From positions 42,616-106,615 of the forward strand of contig JBKHFJ010000002.1 of NCBI GenBank assembly GCA_046540255.1: 64,000 nt of DNA, written 5' to 3'. Source of the DNA: Methanomassiliicoccales archaeon. GTDB taxonomy: Archaea; Thermoplasmatota; Thermoplasmata; Methanomassiliicoccales; JAAEEP01. Below the pieces are notes generated by a model. It did no database searches. It was not told the DNA's origin and saw only the letters and a program-made list of their open reading frames with translations. The translations under genes were made by a program, and so were the position numbers. Below are positions 32,480 through 41,179 of the stretch, one piece after another. The stretch's first letter is position 1; every line of letters starts with the position of its first letter.

Positions 32480-33379
32480 TCACATCACCAGGTGCTCGTC
32501 GGCCACGTCCTCCAGACCGGCGTCTACCAGCTTGCCGATGTCCCAGGGGATGTTCACCTCCAGGAAGATCTGCCCGTGGGGCAGGTCCTCCTGCCAGACG
32601 TCTATCCTCCCCATCCTGGCCAGGAACAGGAGGGAGACGAAGACCTTGACCATGTCCTCCTTGCGGTCATGGCAGAGGTCGTCCATGGGCAGCGCTCCAC
32701 CGCCGCAGTGGACTATGCGGCACCAGATCTCCTCCATGTCCTTCTCAAGCTCCTCCTTGTGGGATTTCTCGTCGAACTCCTCCTTCTTCTTGGGGGCCCT
32801 CTTCGGACGGCTGAGATTCCTGCTGGCCTCCCTCCTGGCCTCGTCGAAGGCGTCCAGCAGCTCGACCAGGGAGACCGGCCTCCTGGTGTGACGCCTCACC
32901 GCCTGGTCCAGGGGGGGCTCCTCCCCCATCTCCGGGAAGTAATCTTCCTCCTCCCACTCGCAGAGCAGGTCCAAATTCTCCACTTCCCAGTCCAGGAAGA
33001 AGGGCTCACCCTGGTCCTCCCTCTCCTGGGTGGTGAGGATTCGCTCGCTCTGCCTCTTTAGGATGCTCCAGGCCATGAAGAGGAGCTTGCCGGCCACTAT
33101 GAAGTCGATCTCCTCCTCTTTCATCCTCCTGGCGTACAGCCTGGAGAACTCCATCAGGTCGATCTCCCAGGGGTCCAGCTGCTCCTCAAGGACGAGGTCG
33201 AACACCATCTCTATCGAGCGGTCCACCGGGTTGCTGCAGGAGTAGCGGTCGGACGAGTCCAAGTCCTTTAGGATGCCCATGTAGCGCTCGATCTTCCTGG
33301 ACCGCTCCCCCTCGTCGATGATGGCCTGGTGGAACATCAAATGGTCCAGGGCAGCCTCGGCCTTCTCCTCCACCATCAT
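32480..33379 (-). CDS. scpA: Segregation and condensation protein A (kleisin)
   Basis: ..FDLVLEEQLDPWEIDLMEFSRLYARRMKE..IDFIVAGKLLFMAWSILKRQSE.. and the C-terminal ..VFVSLLFLARMGRIDVWQED. It overlaps the smc stop by 4 nt. Confidence 0.8.
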   Translation of the reverse strand: MMVEEKAEAALDHLMFHQAIIDEGERSRKIERYMGILKDLDSSDRYSCSNPVDRSIEMVFDLVLEEQLDPWEIDLMEFSRLYARRMKEEEIDFIVAGKLLFMAWSILKRQSERILTTQEREDQGEPFFLDWEVENLDLLCEWEEEDYFPEMGEEPPLDQAVRRHTRRPVSLVELLDAFDEARREASRNLSRPKRAPKKKEEFDEKSHKEELEKDMEEIWCRIVHCGGGALPMDDLCHDRKEDMVKVFVSLLFLARMGRIDVWQEDLPHGQIFLEVNIPWDIGKLVDAGLEDVADEHLVM

Positions 33380-36300
33380 GCCGCTCCCTCCGCCTCTTCC
33401 GGGGCCTCCTTGAACATCTTCTGGTCCTCCATGTGGGGCCTCATGATCACCTTGCTGATCCCGGAGTCCCGCATGGTCACCCCGATCAAATGATCGGCCT
33501 TGTTCATGGTCACCTTCCTCAGGGTGATCTGCACGAACTGGGCCATCCTGGAGGCCTTCTGAACCCTCCTGGCCACCATGTCCGCGTTCACCGCGTCCAG
33601 GAACATGTCCACCTCGTCAAGCAGGTAGAACGGGGAGGGTTGGTACTCCTGGATGGCAAATATGAAGGAAAGGGCGGTCAGGCTCTTCTCCCCCCCGCTA
33701 AGCGCCTGCAGGCGGGTGGACTTGCCCGACTTGGGCCTGGCCCGTATTATCAGACCTCCCTGGAAGGGTTCCTCGGGATCGGCCAGTGACAGACTGGCCT
33801 CCCCCCCATCGGAGAGCTCCGAGTAGACGCTCTTAAAGTTCTCCGAGACCGCCTCGAACACCTCCAGGAAGCGCACCTTCTTCTTCTCGTTCAGCTCCTC
33901 CATCAGCTCCAGGAGATCGCCCTTCTGGGACTCCAGGCGCTCCATCTCCCCCCTCAGCTCCTCGTACCGGTTGACCTTTTCCTGGTGGTCATCGATGGCC
34001 CGGAGGTTCACCGCCCCCATGTCGGACATGGCCGTCTCGCACTCCCTGATGGTCTGCTTCAGCTTCTCCAGGGTGGGCAGGGGGAAGGAGACCTCCACCT
34101 CGTACTGGGAGATCTCCTCCTCCACCTCCTTGAGCCTTTCCTCGGCGATGGAGAGCTTGGTCCTCAGCCCTATGGTGAAGTCGGAGGAGGTCTCGATCTT
34201 CCCCTGGATCTTGTCCCTCTCGGCGTCCAGCCTGGTCCTCTTCTGGAAGAGCTGGTCCTTGGTCTCCTTTAGCCGCTTGATCTCCTGGTCCATGGAGTCC
34301 TCTATCTTCCTCAGGCCCGCCAGGTCCTTCTTCAGCTCCTCCTCCCTCCCCTCGGCCTCCTCAGCCTGCCGATGGAGATTCCCGATCTTCTGCTGGGCCT
34401 CTCTCTCCATCCTCTCGAAGTCGTCCCTCCGCTCCCTGAGGAGGCGCAGCTGGGTCTCCAGGCTCTCCTTCTCCCCCTTCATCTCCGATACCTGACCGGT
34501 CAGCCGATGGACCTCCTCCTGGAGCTCCTTGAGCCCGGAGGAGAGTTCCTTGGGGGCCAGTTCCATGATCCTGGAACTCCTCCGCTCCCTGGCGGACCGC
34601 AGGCGCTCCATCTCCTCGTTCAGCTCCCTCTCGGTGCCTTCCAGGGTGGAGATCTCCTCCCCCAACCGGTCCATCTCCTCCCCCTTCTTGGCCAGCTCGT
34701 CCTTGATGCCTCCCAGCTTATCCCTGAGCTCTCCCTTCCTTGACTCCAGGTTCTTCACCCGGTCCCCCTTGAGGTCCCCCGAGCCCCCCAGCTCCCGTAT
34801 CTGGGACTCCAGTTCCATCATCTCCTGGCGGACCTGCTGGAGCTCCTGGTTGACGTTCTCGGACTCGGCGGTCATGGCCTGCAGCTCCCTGCCCAGCTCC
34901 TCCAGCTTTCCCCTGGAGGACCCGCCGAACTTGAGCCTGCCTCCTCCCAGGTTCCCGCCGGCCATGGCCCCGGAGGCCTCGATCACCTCCCCGTCCAGGG
35001 AGACCAGGCGGACGCCGCCCATCAGCTCCCTGGCCTTCTTCAGGTCCTCCACCACCATGGTGTCCCCCAGGACGTAGGAGAACACCGCCCGATACCTCTC
35101 GTCGAAATCGATCAGGTCGATGGCGTACCCCATGGTCCTGTGGACCACCATGCGGGCCTTGCCCCTAGGCCTGGAGACCCGCATCTTGTTCAGGGGCAGG
35201 AAGGTGGCCCGGCCCAGCTTGTTCCCCTTCAGGAACTCGATGGCCTCCGCCCCCACTTCGTCGTCCTCCACCACGATCGACTGCATCCGGGATCCGGCGG
35301 CCACGTTCAGGGCGGTCTCGTACCTGTCCTCTACCTTGGCCAGCTCGGCGATGGTCCCGTGTATGCCCTTGATCCGGCCCTTATCCCTGGCCTCCAGTAT
35401 GGAGCTCACCGCGCGGTTGTACCCCTTGGCCACGTTCTCGGCGGCCTCCGCCTCCGCCTTCAGGTGATTGTACTCCCTGGTCATCCGCCTTATGGCCTGC
35501 TCCAGCTCCTCCGACTGGCGGGAGAGCTTGTCCTCCTGCCGCTTCCTCTCGTGGAACTGCTCCCTCAGCTCCCTCAGCCTCTCCGAATAGTCCTTGGCCT
35601 CCCCCTTGATCTGCTTGATGTTCCAGTCGATGTCGCTGATCTCGAACTCGATGTTCTTGTACTCCTCCTCCAGCTCGGCGACGTCCACCTGGAGCCGCTC
35701 CCTCCTGTCCTCAAGGCGCTCCCTGTTCAGGTTGAGGCGGTGGAGCTCGCCCTCCCTCTCCTTCAGCTCCCGGTCGAGGCCGTCCACCTCCTCCTCCAGG
35801 GACTGCACCTCGTCGTCACAGGCCCTCATCCTCTGGTTGAGCTGTTCCAACTCCTCCCTCTTCCCCTCCAGCTCCTGCTTCTTCTCCTCCAGGGCCGATC
35901 CCTTCTTCTCCAGCCGGGACTCCATCCCCTGAATCTCGGAGGCGATGTCCTCGTTCTTCCTTTCCTCAAGGTTCTCCTTGATCTCCTCGGCGTCCGACAG
36001 ATACCTGTCCCGGTTGTCCTGGGTTCGGGCCAGCTCTATCTTGGCCTGGTCGATCCTCTCCTTGAGATCCTGGTACTCCTCCCCGCCCTTCGCCTGGATG
36101 CGCTCCTCGATCTCCGAGGTCCTGCTGTCGATCCCCTCGATCTCGGACTCCAACCTCCCCTTGCTCTCCCTCAGGGCCTCGACCTCCCGGTCGTACTCCT
36201 GGATCTGCTCCTTGATGGATTGGATCTCGCTCAGGGTGGACTCCTTCCTCTTGTGGGCCATCTCCGCCCTGGACCGGGTGAGCAGGTCCCGAACCTCCAG

Positions 36301-36960
36301 GTAGCGCTCCGCCGCCCGCTTCTCCTCCTCCAGCTGCTCGATCTGTCTCTGCAGCTCGGTGAGTATGATGGAGATGCGCTCGATGTTCTGCTCGGCCTGG
36401 TCCCTCTCCCCCTCCGCCTTGGCGATGTCGTTGTCGAAGCGGGAGATGCCGGAGATATCATCCAGTATCCTCCTCCTTTCCAGGTCAGACATCTCCACTA
36501 TGTTGGTGACGTCGCCCTGCTGCACCAGGTTGTAACCGTCGGCGGAGATGCGGGAGTTGGACAGGAGGGTGTCGAACTCGGCCAGGGTGGACTTTCGACC
36601 GTTGACGTAGAAGTAGGAGTTGTAGCCCTCTCCCCCCTGGGTGAGCTTGATCAGCCGGGTCAGCTTGACCGTGTCCGCCTCCAGGGGGATCATCCTGTCC
36701 CGGTTGTCGAATACCAGGGAGACCTTGGTGAAGCTGGCCGGATCCCTGGACTTGCCCCCGTTGAAGATGAGGTCGGTCAGCTTCCCCGCCCGCAGGGCCC
36801 TGGAGCTCTTCGGCCCCAGCACGAAGAGGATGGCGTCAGAGATGTTGGACTTGCCCGATCCGTTGGGTCCGGTGACGGCTGTGTATCCCTCCATCAGGGG
36901 GATGGTCAACCTCTTACCGAACGACTTGAAGTTCTCCAGCTCGATCTGCCTGAGGTACAT
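33376..36960 (-). CDS. smc: Chromosome segregation ATPase SMC
   Basis: MYLRQIELENFKSFG...VTGPNGSGKSN (Walker A), long coiled coils, a hinge, the signature LSGGEKSLTALSFIFA, and Walker B FYLLDEVD. Start at 36960; the remainder of track ORF up to 37575 is a spurious extension. Confidence 0.92.
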   Translation of the reverse strand: MYLRQIELENFKSFGKRLTIPLMEGYTAVTGPNGSGKSNISDAILFVLGPKSSRALRAGKLTDLIFNGGKSRDPASFTKVSLVFDNRDRMIPLEADTVKLTRLIKLTQGGEGYNSYFYVNGRKSTLAEFDTLLSNSRISADGYNLVQQGDVTNIVEMSDLERRRILDDISGISRFDNDIAKAEGERDQAEQNIERISIILTELQRQIEQLEEEKRAAERYLEVRDLLTRSRAEMAHKRKESTLSEIQSIKEQIQEYDREVEALRESKGRLESEIEGIDSRTSEIEERIQAKGGEEYQDLKERIDQAKIELARTQDNRDRYLSDAEEIKENLEERKNEDIASEIQGMESRLEKKGSALEEKKQELEGKREELEQLNQRMRACDDEVQSLEEEVDGLDRELKEREGELHRLNLNRERLEDRRERLQVDVAELEEEYKNIEFEISDIDWNIKQIKGEAKDYSERLRELREQFHERKRQEDKLSRQSEELEQAIRRMTREYNHLKAEAEAAENVAKGYNRAVSSILEARDKGRIKGIHGTIAELAKVEDRYETALNVAAGSRMQSIVVEDDEVGAEAIEFLKGNKLGRATFLPLNKMRVSRPRGKARMVVHRTMGYAIDLIDFDERYRAVFSYVLGDTMVVEDLKKARELMGGVRLVSLDGEVIEASGAMAGGNLGGGRLKFGGSSRGKLEELGRELQAMTAESENVNQELQQVRQEMMELESQIRELGGSGDLKGDRVKNLESRKGELRDKLGGIKDELAKKGEEMDRLGEEISTLEGTERELNEEMERLRSARERRSSRIMELAPKELSSGLKELQEEVHRLTGQVSEMKGEKESLETQLRLLRERRDDFERMEREAQQKIGNLHRQAEEAEGREEELKKDLAGLRKIEDSMDQEIKRLKETKDQLFQKRTRLDAERDKIQGKIETSSDFTIGLRTKLSIAEERLKEVEEEISQYEVEVSFPLPTLEKLKQTIRECETAMSDMGAVNLRAIDDHQEKVNRYEELRGEMERLESQKGDLLELMEELNEKKKVRFLEVFEAVSENFKSVYSELSDGGEASLSLADPEEPFQGGLIIRARPKSGKSTRLQALSGGEKSLTALSFIFAIQEYQPSPFYLLDEVDMFLDAVNADMVARRVQKASRMAQFVQITLRKVTMNKADHLIGVTMRDSGISKVIMRPHMEDQKMFKEAPEEAEGAA

Positions 36961-37027
36961 GGTGGGGCCCCCGGAACGGAAGCTGCGATCGAGTGATAGG
37001 TCAGGCCTAACTCGCATCCCATCCGCG

Positions 37028-37046
37028 GTCCGACAGTATGTCGGAC
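37028..37046. promoter_or_regulatory. Perfect 8-3-8 palindrome GTCCGACA-GTA-TGTCGGAC in the smc/flippase divergent region
   Basis: Read directly from the sequence. It sits next to TATA-like runs (GTAATATTG, GGGTATATAATAG at about 37050-37078). Confidence 0.4.
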
Positions 37047-37215
37047 ACCAGTAATATTGTGAACTGGGTATATAATAGTTGGCTCCACCCTTTGATGGCG
37101 CAGTAAAGGACGCTGGCCGCCTGTCGTGCCCCACCGGAGGCAACAAGACAGAGTTAAATACGGTCCAGATTATCGCTACAGGGATACCTTGATCGGGCGC
37201 AGGTCGGTCCTCATA

Positions 37216-38691
37216 ATGACCTCCAGGCTCCTGGCCAACGGATTGGCCTTCGTGGGCCTGCTGTTCATATTCCGCTACCTGGGGCAGGAGACCTACGGCA
37301 CCATCCAGTGGTCCCTGTCCCTGGTGGCCACCTTCAACGCGGTGGCCGACCTGGGGTTCAACCACGCCCATCTGAAGAGGGTGTCCGAGGGGAGGGATCC
37401 GTCCGACTGCCTGTCCACCTTCGTGGTCACCAAGCTGGCGTTGACCGGGTCGATGACCCTCCTGGTCCTGGGGGGCGTGAGCATCTGGACCATGATGGGG
37501 AACACCCTCACCGACACCTCTATGGACATCATCCTTTTGTTCGTCCTCTACCACGTCTTCCACGACATCGCCCACATAGCCACCTTCACCTTCGACGCCA
37601 AGCTGCAGTCGGCCAAGGCCCAGCTCTCCATCCTGATGGACCCGCTTCTCCGACTGCCCTTCATCGTCATCGTGGCCCTCTACGGGCTATCCGACACGGC
37701 CCTGGCATTCACCTACGTCATCGGGGGCCTGGGATTCGCCGTCACCGCCCAGGTGCTGCTGATGAGGGACGGGTTCGTCTGGAAGAGGCCCACCCTGTTC
37801 AGGCCCTATTTCCAGTTCGCCCTCCCCATCGCCACCATAATCATCATCACCGTCCTATCCGAGAACATCGATCGCATCCTGATAGGTCTGTTCTGGAGCT
37901 CTGCCTCGGTGGGCAGCTACGCGGCCGGGCTGCGCATGGTGGAGATGCTCTCCATCATCGGCGTGGCGATCACCAACCTCATCTTCCCCTTCCTCTCCAA
38001 GCTGTACGCCGAGGGACGACTGGAGGAGGTGAAGGAGAAGACCGCCCAGGCCGAGAGGTACATCGCCATGCTGGCCCTGCCCGCGGTGGTGCTGCTCTTC
38101 CTGTTCCCCTCACAGATCGCCACCCTCTTCCTGGGGAGCGGGGCGGGGGAGGTGGGGCCACCACTGAGGTTCCTGGCCCTGGCCATATTCCTTAACCTGC
38201 TCAACGAGGTGCACGTCAGCCAGATCAACGCCATGAACCGCCCGGAGCTGGCCGCCAAGCTCCGCTTCCTTGGACTGGCGATCAACGTGGGGGTGCTCCT
38301 CCTGCTGGTCCCGACCAGTCTGTTCGGGTTCACCACCGCCGGACTGGGGGCCGAGGGGGCGGCGATTGCAAAGCTGGTGGAGTTCTCGGCCCTGTTCCTG
38401 ATGATCCGGTTCGCGGTCTTCAGGTTGGCCGGCGTCGTCCCCAACCACCACCTCCTCAGGATGGTCCCGGGGGCCCTGCTCGCCTCGGGCCTCCTGTACC
38501 TCCTGGGAGAGGTCTGGTCGCCCGCGGGTCCGATCGCCCTGCTGATGTACGGCCTGCTATCCCTGGGCCTGTTCGTCTCCCTCTTCGCCCTTTCTGGAGA
38601 GGTGACCAGGAGGGATTTCGACTTCCTGCTCCGGGCCATCAATCCCAGGGAGATGCTCGACTACATCCGGTCCGAGCTTCGGAGGGAGTGA
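37216..38691 (+). CDS. Polysaccharide/oligosaccharide flippase (MOP/Wzx family)
   Basis: About 14 hydrophobic helices, with ..RYLGQETYGTIQWSLSLVATFNAVADLGFNHAHLKRVS.. typical of Wzx/RfbX. The start is uncertain: ATG 37216 was chosen, with TTG 37189 and GTG 37126 also in frame. Confidence 0.75.
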   Translation: MTSRLLANGLAFVGLLFIFRYLGQETYGTIQWSLSLVATFNAVADLGFNHAHLKRVSEGRDPSDCLSTFVVTKLALTGSMTLLVLGGVSIWTMMGNTLTDTSMDIILLFVLYHVFHDIAHIATFTFDAKLQSAKAQLSILMDPLLRLPFIVIVALYGLSDTALAFTYVIGGLGFAVTAQVLLMRDGFVWKRPTLFRPYFQFALPIATIIIITVLSENIDRILIGLFWSSASVGSYAAGLRMVEMLSIIGVAITNLIFPFLSKLYAEGRLEEVKEKTAQAERYIAMLALPAVVLLFLFPSQIATLFLGSGAGEVGPPLRFLALAIFLNLLNEVHVSQINAMNRPELAAKLRFLGLAINVGVLLLLVPTSLFGFTTAGLGAEGAAIAKLVEFSALFLMIRFAVFRLAGVVPNHHLLRMVPGALLASGLLYLLGEVWSPAGPIALLMYGLLSLGLFVSLFALSGEVTRRDFDFLLRAINPREMLDYIRSELRRE

Positions 38692-38786
38692 GCTCTCCCT
38701 TGGTCATCCTGGAATGAGCGATCGGGCGAACATCGAGCCCTCTCGAATCCTCTCATAGTGGACGGTGGGCCGTGAGCCCGGGAAGA

Positions 38787-39257
38787 TCACTTGAGGGAGC
38801 GCTGGTCCCGATCCAGAGGGTCACGGTCGACCTTTTTCCCGATCCATCCCCTGCTCACCTCCTCCTCTACCTCGCCCACGAAGGGTTTGATGTCCAGCAC
38901 CGGGGTCCCGTCGATCATGTCATGTCCCCCTATGCGGAGCCGGGACCCTTCCCTCCCCAGCAGGCGGACCACCGAGACACCGAGGGGATTGGGGCGTCGG
39001 GGGGAGCGGGTGGCGAACACGCCGTGCGGCTCCTCGTCCCATGGGGTCCTCACCACCAGCTCGTACCCCTCGGACCGATGGATGTGGAAGACGATCATGA
39101 TGTGAGAAAAACCGTCGATGTCCCTCAGCCCCTCCTGGAGTGAGGGATGGATCTCGATCTCCCCCTCGATGTCGGGGGCGAACCGGGGCTGGCGGGGCGC
39201 CTCCCCCGGGGAGAGCGGTGAGTGAACGGTCCCGATGGGGCGGTAGACGATGTCCAT
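38787..39257 (-). CDS. trmO: TsaA/TrmO (YaeB) family tRNA methyltransferase
   Basis: ..PIGTVHSP...PRQP.....IEIHPSLQEGLRDIDGFSHIMIVFHIH...GVFATRSPRRPNPLGVSVVRLL...IDGTPVLDIKP. Confidence 0.8.
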   Translation of the reverse strand: MDIVYRPIGTVHSPLSPGEAPRQPRFAPDIEGEIEIHPSLQEGLRDIDGFSHIMIVFHIHRSEGYELVVRTPWDEEPHGVFATRSPRRPNPLGVSVVRLLGREGSRLRIGGHDMIDGTPVLDIKPFVGEVEEEVSRGWIGKKVDRDPLDRDQRSLK

Positions 39258-39341
39258 GGGCCTCCATTCCCGGGGAAGTCCTTCATCTTTGCGCGGGGGT
39301 CGAAAGTATGATTAGCCGGCCGGGCCATTCGGCCAGTGCCG

Positions 39342-40130
39342 ATGAAGCTATCCGTTGTCCTCACCATCCTTAACGAGGAGAGGAATATCTCCGACTTCCT
39401 GGACACCATGATCGTGCAGGAGCAGCCCCTGGAGATAATCGTGGTCGACGCGGGCAGCAGGGACCGCACCCAGAAGATAGTGCGTCGGTACTCGGAGCGG
39501 TACCCCTTCATCAAGCTGCTGGTCAAGGGGGGGACCCGGGGAAAGAGCAGGAACTACGGGGTGTCGGTTGCCGAGGGGGAGGTGATCGCCTTCATCGACG
39601 GCGACACCATAGCCAACCCCTTCTGGGCCTCCGAGATACGAAAGTCCATGCGGGCCGGGGCGGACATCGTGGCAGGCAAGGTGATCAACATCGGGCTGAA
39701 GGCCTGGGAGGACCTGGAGCGGGTGGAGCTGTACCACAAGGGCTACGACATCTCCTTCCCCACCTGCAACCTCACCTACCGGAAGGAGGTGCTGGAGGAC
39801 ATCAAGGGCTTCGACGACTGGTTCGTCACCGCCGAGGACATCGACATGAACTACAGGGCGGTGGAGGCGGGGTACAAACTGACCTACAACCCCAAATGCA
39901 TCGTGTACCACCGGACCAGGGGGGACATATACGGATTCTTTCGCCAGGCCTTCTGGAACGGGGCCGGGAGGAAGCAGCTGACCCTGAAGCACGGGAGGCT
40001 GTGGGACTCCTACGATCCCCTGAGGATGTTCAGACAGCAGGTCAACTCCTGGTCCCTGCTCAGACTGGCCTGCGCCATCACCGGATACCTGGGCTTCAAG
40101 CTCTTCGGGGACCGCGGTCCCTACGATTGA
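39342..40130 (+). CDS. Family 2 glycosyltransferase
   Basis: KLSVVLTILNEE...IVVDAGSRDRT...AFIDGDT (DxD). ATG 39342, with GTG 39336 also possible. Confidence 0.8.
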   Translation: MKLSVVLTILNEERNISDFLDTMIVQEQPLEIIVVDAGSRDRTQKIVRRYSERYPFIKLLVKGGTRGKSRNYGVSVAEGEVIAFIDGDTIANPFWASEIRKSMRAGADIVAGKVINIGLKAWEDLERVELYHKGYDISFPTCNLTYRKEVLEDIKGFDDWFVTAEDIDMNYRAVEAGYKLTYNPKCIVYHRTRGDIYGFFRQAFWNGAGRKQLTLKHGRLWDSYDPLRMFRQQVNSWSLLRLACAITGYLGFKLFGDRGPYD

Positions 40131-40232
40131 TTCTCAGATGAGGAATATCTTGATGAAATGGATGTTCCATCTTCACCCGATAATAATATTTAAATGATAT
40201 ATAAAAATAAATGGGTTTGCGAATTGAGGGGT

Positions 40233-40532
40233 TCAATAGCCGGGATAGTTCTGATTGCTTGTCCGGTAGGCTTCTGAATTAATCCTTTCCGCTGTCTTGT
40301 AGGCATCAAAGATGCCCCAGAGCCAAACGACGAGAGCCACAATTAGGGTAATAAATAAGGTTAAAAAGGAAAAAACGACTAACAGGGGAACCCCTATCAG
40401 AATCAGCAGTCCCTTCCCAATCTGACCATTATAGATTTGCCCGGCCCCTGGAATAACGAGAGAAAGAACTGCCGCCAAACCAGAACTCTTTGTACTGACA
40501 GGCATCTGACTTGGCGCAGATTCGACTCTCAC
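40233..40532 (-). CDS. Small membrane protein (PGAGQIYNGQIGKG motif); zinc-ribbon coding sequence continues upstream without a start codon
   Basis: The track ORF starts at GTG 40532. In the same frame, upstream, it reads ..KFCKNCGEQIDARAEICPKCG. There is no ATG/GTG/TTG between the stop at 40692-40694 and 40532. An ATG at 40648 lies in the -1 frame. See findings. Confidence 0.55.
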   Translation of the reverse strand: MRVESAPSQMPVSTKSSGLAAVLSLVIPGAGQIYNGQIGKGLLILIGVPLLVVFSFLTLFITLIVALVVWLWGIFDAYKTAERINSEAYRTSNQNYPGY

Positions 40533-40818
40533 TCCACACTTAGGACATATCTCTGCTCTCGCGTCGATTTGTTCCCCACAATTCTTGCAGAACTTAGTAT
40601 TCTGCTGGTGTTGGTATTCTTGAGATCCTTCGATTTTTCCAACCCCATTTAGCGAACGGGAAAATGATTTATATTCTTTTAGATTGCATTTTCAAATATG
40701 TAAAACTGTTTCTTAATTTGGTGCTAAAAGTGGACTCAATTTTTTGATATTGGCGTAATTTAATATCCTGATTAGAAGGATATTATCTCATTATTTGGAT
40801 CACATCAAATGATTCAAT

Positions 40819-40866
40819 TCGACTGACCCGAGTTTGGAGTTCGGAAGTCGATTCACTCGGGTTTTT
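40819..40866 (+). other. Interleaved inverted repeats followed by T5 (terminator- or switch-like element) upstream of the csd gene
   Basis: TCGACT (40819-24) / AGTCGA (40846-51) is interleaved with CCCGAGT (40827-33) / ACTCGGG (40855-61), followed by TTTTT (40862-66). Confidence 0.3.
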
Positions 40867-40987
40867 ACCTATACGGTTTAAAAGATTGAAATCATATGTT
40901 TGATCGGAGAGACATCCCACTCAAGACATCGAAAATAAACCAAACATTTAATAGGTGGTCTTACCTGCACATGTCTAGGTTAATACT

Positions 40988-41179
40988 ATGGAAGGAACAG
41001 TAGTGAAATGGCTTACATCGTACGGCTTCATCAAGACCGATGAGGTCGACGACGACGTGTTCGTCCACGAGTCGGAAGTGAGATCGCAGGGCCGGCTGTC
41101 CGAGGGTCAGCGGGTTTCCTTCGAACTGGAGAACGCTCCACGTGGACCAAAGGCCGTGAACGTCGAAGTAATCGAGTAG
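40988..41179 (+). CDS. Cold-shock domain (CspA-family) protein
   Basis: MEGTVVKWLTSYGFIKTDEVDDDVFVHESEV...LSEGQRVSFELENAPRGPKAVNV aligns by eye with bacterial CspA (KWF..KGFGFI, DVFVH, EGQ.V.F). A TATA-like ATTTAATA lies at 40946-40953. Confidence 0.8.
   Translation: MEGTVVKWLTSYGFIKTDEVDDDVFVHESEVRSQGRLSEGQRVSFELENAPRGPKAVNVEVIE

Noticed and set aside
35140-36996. A 618-aa plus-strand ORF, along with several other 100-190-aa ORFs across 33400-37000.
   Set aside because: They are antisense to smc, whose Walker A/B, signature motif and coiled coils are unambiguous.
36961-37575. An N-terminal extension of the smc track ORF (33376-37575).
   Set aside because: SMC proteins begin at the M-x-L-x-x-(I/L)-x-L-x-N-F-K-S-F strand found at 36960. 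The extension is Gly/His/Pro-rich junk that runs through the divergent promoter and into the flippase gene.
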